Assembly (NCBI GenBank): GCA_012295275.1
Contig: CM022665.1
Coordinates: forward strand, 17,794,001-17,858,000
Direction of reading: 5' to 3'
Length of the DNA stretch: 64,000 bases
Origin: Chrysomallon squamiferum
Taxonomy: Eukaryota > Animalia > Mollusca
Below are positions 53,321 through 64,000 of this stretch, one piece after another; positions within the stretch are counted from its first letter, which is position 1, and each line of letters begins with the position of its first letter. A program made the translations under genes and the position numbers. The notes beneath the pieces were generated by a model. It was not told the DNA's origin. It was given only the letters and a program-made list of their open reading frames with translations, and made no database searches.

Positions 53321-54235
53321 AGTCCAGATTAAAACTGATTTCTATCAGAGAGAGGGATTTTTTTTTTTCTTAATTTTTCACACACAACAAAAACTAGATT
53401 TTAAATACAAAACATTACTGTAAGATTGCATATTTGTTTTATTTAATTTTTCTCTTTTACATTTTTGAATTTTCACATGAATCCAGGTTAAAACTGATTT
53501 AATCAGAGAGGGATTTTTTTGGTTAATTTTTCACACTCAACAAAAACTAAATTTTAAGTGCAATAAACAAACATTACTATAACTAAGCTTGCATATTTGT
53601 TTAATTTAATTTGTTTTTTCTTGCATAATTTCAGTTTTTCTATGTATGTCCAGATTAAACTGTTTTCTGTCAGTTTTTTTCTTCATTTTTCACATGCAAC
53701 AAAAACTAAATTTTATGTACAATAAAAACATTAATATAACTAAACTTGCATATTTGTTTTTTTTCTTTTATAATTTAGGATTTCGCATGAATCCAGATTA
53801 AAACTGATTTTTTTTTTCATTATTTCATAGAAAAACTAATTTTAAATACAATAAAAACATTACTGCAACTAAATTTACTTACTTAATTTAATTTTCTCTT
53901 GTATAATTTCAGTTTTTCAGTGTATGTCAAGATTAAAACTGATTTCTATCAGAGGTTTTTTGTTCAGTTTTCACACAAAACAAAAACTAAATTTTAAATA
54001 CAGTAAAAACATTACTGTAAGACTGCATATTTGTTTAATTTAATTTTCTCTTGTATACTTTCAGTTCTTCAGTGTATGTCCAGATTATAAATGATTTCTC
54101 TCATATTTATAGAGATTTCTTGTTTTTGTTTGTTTGTTTGTTTGTCTGTCTGTTTGTCCTTCGTGTTTCATACAACAGAAATAGATTTAAAAATTATCAA
54201 AATAAAAATTTAAAACATTACTGTATCTAATTTAA
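53321..54235. repeat. ~150-bp tandem repeat, about 6 copies
   Basis: 'tccagattaaaactgattt...aaaaactaaatttt...aaacattact...gcatatttg' restarts near 53321, 53480, 53648, 53790, 53926 and 54078. Confidence 0.85.
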
Positions 54236-54255
54236 TTTTTTTTATATAGGTTTAT

Positions 54256-54318
<63 letters not shown>

Positions 54319-55393
54319 CAATTAGGTTATGATGAAAAATGAAACAATATTGGTTTAATATTTTATTACACACTTTTTCAAAATTGCTGGATTATTGGGG
54401 GGGGGAATTTTAAAATTTCTTTACTTTTTTATTTTTTTAAAGTAATTATAACTTTATGATAACAGTAAAAGATTAAACATACTTACATTACTGTATGAGT
54501 TAGAAGCGAGGACAAAGTAAGATTTTGAATGGCAGTTCCCAGAGTGAGTGAAATACATTTGATAAAAGAGATCTGTGCATTAACACAAGTAATATTGATC
54601 CTGTTAGCGACAGCTTATCAGAATAATTCTCAACCATAAACCTGTAAATTTATTTTTATTATTATTTTTTTCTAACTATGCTATTTAAGTTAAGGAAATT
54701 TAAGAAAATGTTTTAGCTCACTTTTTATATTACATTTTTTAATTATCACCATCAGTTTTTTTTTTTTTTCTGACTGTAAAAATTAAGGTAAAAAAAATAA
54801 TTTAAAAAAACATTAGCATATCAGTTAAGTTACAGAAAATGTGCTTCTGTTGTTACTTAATTTAAGTTTTGTGGTTATGAATATGGCACTCAACAAATCC
54901 CAGCCCTCCATTTGACTTAAAATATTTTCAGTTAATTTATTATCATTAATTTTTATTTTTATTTTTTTAATTTGTTTTTTTAATTTATTTTACTATTATT
55001 TTTATAGAAAATATAACTCCTACTGGACTATATTCTTCCATCATTTAATTATTCTTGTTAAGCTTTAAGCTAGTTTTTTTTTAAAACATTAATTTAGTAG
55101 GATGCCTTGTTATATTTTTGCTTGCTGTCAAGTTCTAGATAAAAAAAATGTGAAGATCAAAATCTGTTTTATAACCATCAGGTTTTCATTCTCATTGACA
55201 TACTCATTTTGGGAAGAAATTAATATCTGCCAACAAAATTATAATTGCACAGAAAAAAAGAAATAGGAATCTTAACACTGTCATAAATGATTCTGGTGTC
55301 AATCAATTATTTTGAAAAACAACAACAATAAAAATCTATTTAAATAATGTTGTTGTTTTTTTAAAGTTTTAATCTACTGTTCATAAAAAACAG

Positions 55394-55690
55394 AATTTAG
55401 CTTAGCAGTAGAGCACTTTCATGAAGAATGATTGATTATAGGATCAGTTTTGATCATAACTCACACAGGGCTGTTTCCCATTCCAACCTGTACTCCATAA
55501 CTAAATTTTTGTATTTTACTGTTTTGGGGAAGGTGCTCGTAAAAGATTCCTTTCTGCTAAGTTAATAACAGACTATGGAGAAATGGCATCATGTCTTACA
55601 TCATTGTTATAGCTATTTATTTGATAGAGTAACTAATATTATTCAGATATTGTTTAAAATGTATTAATATGATGTTCACTGCAGTAGCAG
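55394..55690 (+). mobile_element. Decayed tRNA-type SINE with A-box-like head
   Basis: tagcttagcagtagagcac resembles a Pol III A-box/tRNA 5' end, followed by the family body (tttcccattccaacctgtactcca, taaaagattcctttctgctaa). Confidence 0.55.
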
Positions 55691-56354
55691 ATTCAGTAAT
55701 ATGTGTTTTAACATTCCACATACAGACTTGGTGAAAATGTTTAGTCTGAGGACTCTTTAAGATTCACATAAAATTAAACAAATGCCCACTGATTCCTCTC
55801 TGTGTAAAGCCTGGTTTCTGTAATAAAATATTTAAATGGCTGTTTGGCTTTTTAAAGGCCACCATGTTTATATGGGTGGTCTGGTTTATACAGAGTTTAT
55901 ATCCAGGAAATAAACTTAACTGGAAGATAAAGGAGAATCTGGTTAAAAAAAGGCTTAACCCTTTAGTATCCTGTTGAAAGCACATAAAGTGTTAAATTTG
56001 ATTTGTAATTGAATGCAGGTGTTCATGTATGTGAATGTATAAATGTACATACTGTGTATTTATGTATTATTCATAGTATATCTTCACAAATATTCTGTCT
56101 CTCACACACACACACACACACACACACATACATATACAGATACATGGATATACACAAACATCCTCATATACATATATACTATTAATATATTCATGCATAG
56201 CCATACAAAAACAAACATACACACATATACACATACACAGTCACATACACATACATGAAAACATGCATATATACATACATGTACACTAAAAATACAAAAA
56301 AGCCCATCCCAGTGTGCACATATATACACAAATATCTTCACACATACTGAAATA

Positions 56355-56876
<522 letters not shown>

Positions 56877-59232
56877 TTGCCAGTAGGTAAATTACTAACT
56901 TGGAATATTGTAAAATGTATTTTACTTCTCCCTCAGATTTGATGTACTCTTTGAATCTGACTATGTTTAGGATTAAATACTTTTGGAACCAAGCTAGTGA
57001 CCATTAAAATATCTCACTTAATAAATCTTGTGTCTCACGAGAGAAATATTTTTTTACTTCATGCCAAATACTTTGAAAGATAGAAATAAAAAGATTTTAT
57101 TTATGTAAAAATGCTGAAATTTATTTCTTTCTCTTTTTTAAAAAAAATTCAGCATGTTTTATTTTTGTTTTAAACTAAGATGACAGGTTTATGATATGTT
57201 TTAAGTTAGAGGGTATTGGATTGATAAAAATCGGTCATATTTAACATTTATATGACATTTTACTTAGTAATTAATCTCTATTATTAAACATTTAATCCAT
57301 TTTACTTATATATATATGCACTCAACATAATGTTTGGGTGGGTATGTTTGTATCTGTCTCTGTATGTGTATGTATGTATGTATGTTTGTGTGTCTAGAAT
57401 ACATAGTATTTTAACAAGCAAAAATCCGAGGGTTATATTAGCAAATTTGTTTGTACTTCAGGGTTTAATCCTTTTCATATAACTCTCCAGAGGCAGTTTA
57501 ACCATAAAAACCCTTATAGAATTATAATTACAGAGTGTGGTTTTCAAAACCTTTATAGAATTATAATTATTGTGTTCAGTTTTAGTTGTTGTGTTATAGG
57601 GACCCTTATAATCACAGAGCTGTTTTCTTGGTACACCGCTAATGAACAATCTTCTGTTTTCACTCTTGTGTCACACACATGTTTCTCATTGTGTAATATG
57701 CTCACTGCCAGATCTGCATGTTGCCTCAGTTTTCTTTTTACAAAAAGCAGATTCTCTTGTGACTGCTGATCTCTGTGTTTTTATCCAGAATGATGCTGTT
57801 TTTTGTAATGCTAATATAGAATATTGTTGATACACACACATGCACACACATGTATGTATGTGCATGTGTGTGTGTGTGTATATACATATATATATATATT
57901 GTTTTTGTATTTCTCTACAATACTAATTATTTATAGAATTCTACAATGTTTTTTCTAGATATAATTAGTGTGTTGTTTATTTGTTAAATATTTTATTTAA
58001 TTATAATTGTCTGGAATGGGATTTGTTTTTAAAAGAATATTTTATCTGGATGTAAATTTCACAGTAATATAATTTGTCTAGAAATCTTTTATTATTATTT
58101 ATATATACTTATTTTTTTATTATTTTATTTATTAAAAAAAAGTTCATGTTGTGTATTGAATAGAGTTTTATCTTCTCTGTAATACTGATCTTCTGTAGAA
58201 TTCTACAAATATATTATTTTATCTAGTTTTAGATATTTATGTATATATTTTTTTTAACAGTATCATGTCTTGTATAGAATTGGACAAATTTAAAATATTT
58301 TAATCTACAAGTAGTTTAGAAGCAAGTAATTTGTCCAAAATATTTTTTGTCCCTTGTTGAGTTCTGAACTTACTTAGAATTTGAGCTTGCATATTTTGAA
58401 AATATCAGCCTATTGCAGAGTCTAGACTGCTCTTTTTAATTTGACAAGGACATAAAATTACTTTTTGATTTGATTTTATTATTTTTTTTTTTTATATATA
58501 TTGTTTTCATTGTTATTCATATATCAATCAATATACATAAATTAGATTAAAATATACTGACAAAATTATAATGAAGAACATGAGATACATTATAAAATAT
58601 ACAAAATATACATACATACATCCTGATACAATATATAATTGTTATGCTCACCCTAATAAGCTTTTTTTTTTTAACTGTTGTATTATTTGTTGGATCATTA
58701 TTTTCATCTACAATGCTTTGTTTATGGAAACAATATATAATTTTTTTTTTCAGTGATTTAAAAGCTACTGAGGCTAGTAATTTATAAAAAACATAGAGAC
58801 AAGTTATTTTGACTAAAATAGAAAGTACATTGATTGATCTATTCTTGCCCTATCAGTGGCTGATACCTTGGCAGGCAGTGTTTATAGCCTCTGCTTAATA
58901 GAGTGCCACTAAAAACAATTTCAGAAATTTTAGAAATTCAGTTATTGATTTTAGTAAAATAATGGCACAGTTTGGGATAATTATTTGGCTTGTGAGACCA
59001 TGCAGTTTTGATACATAAATTTTGTACAAGAGTTAAAATAATAATAATAAGAAGAAGAATCAGTTTTTTTTAAAAATGTGTTGTGTTGTAGTCTTCAGTT
59101 TGTATTGTTTGACTAAAAGTTATAATTTGTTAACTGTGTTATTATCAATAACCTATTCTTATACATATTTAATTCGGTACAGTTCTAAGAATGTTTAAAT
59201 CTGCTTGTTTATCTGAATTACTTGCTAAGTGC

Positions 59233-59270
<38 letters not shown>

Positions 59271-62200
59271 CTGTCTGTTTCTCTCTCTCTGATTCTAACT
59301 TGCCCATATATCTCTGAGTCTCTCTTTCACGATCACATTCTTTCTCTATCTATGCATGTGTGTGTGTATATATACATATCTTTGTTGTTGTTTTTCTCGC
59401 TCTCTATTCACTGTCTCTCTTTCTCTCTGCCCCATCCATATTTATCTCTCTGAGCCTCTCTGTCTCCCTCTGTCTTTCTGTATAAAGTTTATGCATTTTG
59501 ATCTTCATGAAGTTGTTTGTTTAATTTTCATCTTTAATACATTTTGTTCTCTCTTTTTTTTTCTTTTTTTTTTATTCTGTTGGTTTTTTTTTTTTTTTTT
59601 AATCTTTTTTTTAAATTTTGTATGCCAGAATTAAAGCCAACATAAAATCAATTTTTGTAATCTTCTTTACATTAACATGAAAATCACACACATTTGTGTT
59701 TGGGCTGGAGTAAAAACACATTTTTGTGTTGAACATAGCAGTTCACATCTTCACATTAAACCTCGCTGTATTGACAGCAACTACCGCAGAAGTGTGGAAA
59801 GTCAACAAGTTTAAATAAAACCAAAAAAATTTGAACAAATTAGAAACAGAACTCACACTCTGTTTGACATCTTTGTTAGATCCTTTGTCAGGAGCAGATC
59901 CAGTCTTTCAGGGAAGATGTCCTTGTTATGTTGGTCATAGCAGGTTTAATTATAAAAGTATTGTCAGCTAAGATAAGAATGGTTTGACTATTAATAATGC
60001 TTTTAAAAACACGTAACATCCATTATCAGGGCAGACATAGCTTTGAGGAAAGATGGGGGTGTTATTGTTATTTTGGGACTATATTTTTAAATATAACTGT
60101 ATCAGCTAAGATAAAAATATAAAGTTTTGTTTTGTAAATGATTGTGTGTGTGTGCGTGTGCGTGCGCACGTGCAAAGGTAAAAATAAGGTATGGGTGTGG
60201 GCAATAGATCCTCCTTACTGAATCATGCATATTTATAGCTGACATCTAAACTAAATTTCTCTTATTCAGTTCTAAATTTACTCAACAATCATCTTATTTA
60301 TCTTTCCTCTTCTTTCTTTACTTTTTTTTTTCTTCTTTTATTTTTGAACACTAAATGGTATAAAAAAATAAATAAAAAAATTGGATCTTTAAATCCCAAA
60401 GGATTAATTCTGTTTGCAATTGTAAATCTCTGCACAGTGCAATGAAAAGCTCCTCTCTGCTTGTATTTATTTTAGTACAAATCACAAAGCAATGCAATTT
60501 GCTTTGTTTACTGTAACTTCTCAAATTAAGTATGCTGTAACCATCAGCGTGAATTTCTTTAATTCTTTACAACACTGTCATTAAAAAAGCTGAACTCACT
60601 TTCACTGTGGACTTAATGAAAATTATCGATTTTATGGCCTTGTTTTTGTTCAGGTCTTTGTAACAATTTTCTTCTTTCTTTCTTTTTTTTCTTTGCTTTT
60701 TATTTTCTTTTTTTTCTGCTGCTTTTTTTTCAAGATATTTCTGTATCATAGCAGAGCTGACTATTTTTATATATTTCTTTTTATTTTGTCTGTTTTTAGT
60801 AATGTTGTTCTTTAAAGAAAAAAAGAAGTAGATGAAAAAGAAAATCTCAACAACAACAAAAATCTTAATCTTCATAAAATAATTAAAATCAAGAAGTTGA
60901 ATTCAAAAGAAATGTATGGTTTCTTATCATCTTTCAGAAATATTTAAACCAAAGCCAGTTGTATCGTTTCAAAATTTTTATTTCTTTTTCTTTATATTAT
61001 TATTTATTTATTTATTTTAAATGTTAGAATAAATTTTTACATTTTCTATAAATAGAAGACTAAAAACAATACAATGTTACTAGCAGTCAGCCATTGTTTA
61101 AACATCTTATTAGAGTTATCTTTAGTGACTGAGAGTAATCTACCTTGAAGATTTCATTTACTGTTTATAATTAAAACACAGAATATGTATTCAAGTGTAA
61201 ACTGCAGGATTACTGTTTTAGATTACTGTTAGATGTAAGTGATTGGCAGCTGTTGTTTACTTGATTGCTAGATTTTGTTATCAGGATTTTATCTTTCTTT
61301 ATTTATTTATTTATTTTTGCTTGTTTATTCATTTATTTATTTACATTTTGGTTTTATTATATTTCTTTTCTTTTCTTTCTTTTATTATTATTATTTTTTA
61401 TTTTTTCCAATTTTTTTTATTTTTATTTATTTACATTTTTTAGACATGTTTTCTGTTTCTTTTTTCTTTAGTTTATTCCACAAATCGTTTATTTTTTTTA
61501 TTTTTTTATTTACATTATTATTATTCTGTTGTTTTGTTATTATTTTCAACTTTTATATATTTATCATCATTTTTTTTAAATCAAAAAAGAGTTTTTTTAT
61601 TTGTTTTATCAATATTTTAATAAAAAGTATTCTCTGATGTTATTTATATATGTATATATATATTGTATTTTTGTTTTTTTCAAGAGAAATATTTAATTAA
61701 AAAAAATATGCATTTACTGAGAGATTTAAGCACAATCTTATATTCAGGAAACAGAAAATTACATCAATGTCCTTGATAAAGATTTTACAGTAAATCTCTT
61801 GATAGGATACAAGTAATACTATTAGAAGATTTACAGTAGAGACAAAAACACATAAGGTTTAATCCCATCTACACAATTTTAACGCAGGTTCAAAAACAAA
61901 GAAAAACGAAATAAAAACAAATGATGTTAATCTGTTAGCCTTCCAGATGAAAATATACTTACTGTAAATTCTGAATATAATTACCCTTAAAATTTAGTAA
62001 AATTCTTACAGCTAATAGATATCTATACCATGTTAGTGATTATTATTATTATTTATTTATTTTTTTAAGGAAAAAAGATTTCATTTCCTGTTAGATAACT
62101 TTAGCCAGAAATTTTAGTGTCATAATACATAGCTTCACCAAATATAAATTCATTCTAGATAATAATTAATTTATGGAATGCATTTTTAAAACAGATATAG

Positions 62201-62384
62201 ACAGATGTACATATTTACTCATTAAAATTTTATTCACTAATTTCTAGGCAGTTTATATACAGGGTTTGTAAATTATTTTAAATTTGTTTTATTTTTTATT
62301 TTCTAATGTGACTTTTAAGTTTCTTACTATAATAAAGTTCTTTATCTTGAACTTCATATTAGTTTTTGTTAAAAAATTGGTATA

Positions 62385-63690
62385 GAGTAAGATGGGGTAT
62401 TTCTGGCCTCGGGGTATTTCTGGTCCCCAAAATATATTATGACTTATAGCAACTATACTGTTCTGTCCGGCTTCTGGAACTTTGTTGGTGTAAACCAAAC
62501 CTTACCATCTCTCATTAGAACAAAGGATGTAGGTAATCAGCCATTTACACATGGAGTATAGTGGCCATGAAAGCAGTGAAAACAACAAGGTTGTAAAAAA
62601 AGTGCATTTTGAGGTTTCAAAAGTGTGTTAGTTTTTTAGTTCTTTAGACATAAAATTAGTGATAACTTATAAAAGGCAACTATAAAATCAGTTACTAAGT
62701 TGAGCAGAAGAAAATTGCTTAATATGTGGTAATTAGGTAAGGAGTGTATGTTTTATTTAACTCCACCACTTGGGGCAATTCTGGCCCCCATGAATGGGGT
62801 AAATCTGGCCCCCATATGTGGTGGTAAAAATCAATAGTTTTGGCATTGATATAGTCCATTCTGAATTTTATTTAAGTTTTTTGAAACAACTGAAAGGACC
62901 ACGGTCCCTCTTTTGGGGCATGTTGTCAAACTTCAAATAAAATGAAGAGGATGAGGCACTGACAGAAGACGAGAGTGTCACAAGGTATGAAGAAGAGTTG
63001 GCAGAGAGAGAGCAAAAGGTGAGAGGCAAAAAAACTAACAAAAAAAAAATAACCAGAAGAAGATACCACCTCAAGTCAAAACGGCACCTCAGCTTGAATG
63101 CTACAGTGGATTCTTTCAAAGAAAACGTTGGTGGTGACGAGCCTGAATTAGAAGACAGAGATGTAGTAGATACAAAAGAAAAATGTGAACTCTGTGGCAG
63201 AGTTGATGATGACATGATCATAGGATGTGATGGGAACCCAAATTAGTATTGTCTTGATCCTTGAGCAAACCTCGAAATCCCAGCTGGTGCTTACTTTAAA
63301 AATATTATATTCTTGTGTGATATTTGTCAAGGAGTTTAGTTTATTAAAGTTTTGAATCTGACTTGTATAATGAGTAGGACTAATTATTAGTAGTAGTAGA
63401 CAATGATTACATAGCAATAATCAGTACAACAAATTTGAGGACCAAAATAAATCATGAATGTGGAGTTCAGATTAACCCCAAATCATCGGTTTAAACCTGG
63501 CCCCTGACAAGAGTTTCTAACCTGGCTCCCATTTTAAAAGTATAAGCACTATGCATATAGTGTTTGTCTATTTTGAAACAGAAATGCATATACTACACAT
63601 TATTCACTCCTGTTGGTTGTTTCCTTTTGTCTTTGAAACTATAGGTGAGGTTGAATGGAAAATAGGGCCAGAATTACCCCCACCTTACCC
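62385..63690 (+). mobile_element. Decayed pogo-like (Tc1/mariner superfamily) element keeping a transposase C-terminal PHD remnant
   Basis: TIRs gagtaagatggggtatttctggcc / ggccagaattacccccaccttaccc with TA on both sides; internal ggggyaa.tctggcccc repeats near 62411, 62773, 62796; peptide CELC...IIGCDGNPN*YC...FLCDIC at 63184-63330 after a Lys/Arg/Glu-rich tract. Confidence 0.75.
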
Positions 63691-64000
63691 TACATATATG
63701 TACAAATTACAAATAATGTTCTTAATTGTCACAATTTACTATTATTATTATGATTATTTATTTATTTTTTAATTTATTTATTTATGTATTTATTTATTTG
63801 GAATGTTTTATTTTATTTTATTTTTTTTTTCCAGGTGGTAAATTTAAATAAATCATTCCTGTGACCCCAGCAGCCTCAAGACATTTTACATCACCTGGTG
63901 TAACCATGGTGACAGCTGTCTGTCTTGCTCACACAGTGTTATACAGATTTGGCAGCTGTGAGATTTGAACTCCAGATTTTCAACTTAATTATTGTTAACA

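Noticed and set aside
55394-55470. tRNA gene
   Set aside because: Only an A-box-like start; no intact B-box or cloverleaf, and it continues into SINE body.
59885-60225. Possible Harbinger-type MITE ends (caggagcagatccag / caggggcagac ... tagatcctcc)
   Set aside because: Too degenerate to pair the ends or identify a TSD.
62998-63246. Host PHD-finger gene exon
   Set aside because: Stops interrupt the finger and the segment lies between transposon TIRs.
63551-63772. ORF with GPELPPPYPTY as the arrestin's missing PPxY exon
   Set aside because: The motif is the translation of the right TIR of the pogo-like element (ggccagaattacccccaccttaccc); there is no supporting exon structure.

Overview
AT-rich, microsatellite-rich animal genomic DNA with GT-AG introns; a gastropod mollusc is my guess from SINE style and composition, not proven. 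Two + strand multi-exon genes can be assembled by hand. (1) 580-5649: six exons, about 343 aa, signal peptide + CUB domain + acidic/Gly linker + 10-Cys Ly6/uPAR (Quiver/Sleepless-like) three-finger domain + probable GPI signal; all five introns are phase 1. (2) 27117-51265: six coding exons, about 358 aa, an alpha-arrestin (ARRDC family) with a PTAP motif but no PPxY. The block 4404-8949 recurs at 9150-13716 across a 200-N gap and is most likely an assembly overlap artefact. Mobile DNA includes a young 1.65-kb element with about 500-bp TIRs (Sola2-like), a FLYWCH-MULE relic, a pogo-like element with a PHD remnant, a hAT MITE, a tiny TA-flanked MITE nested in a SINE, and several decayed tRNA-type SINEs. 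The most unusual pattern is that 5 of the 20 coding splice sites of the two genes are themselves tandemly duplicated into the neighbouring intron, up to 8 perfect donor copies, at different stages of decay.
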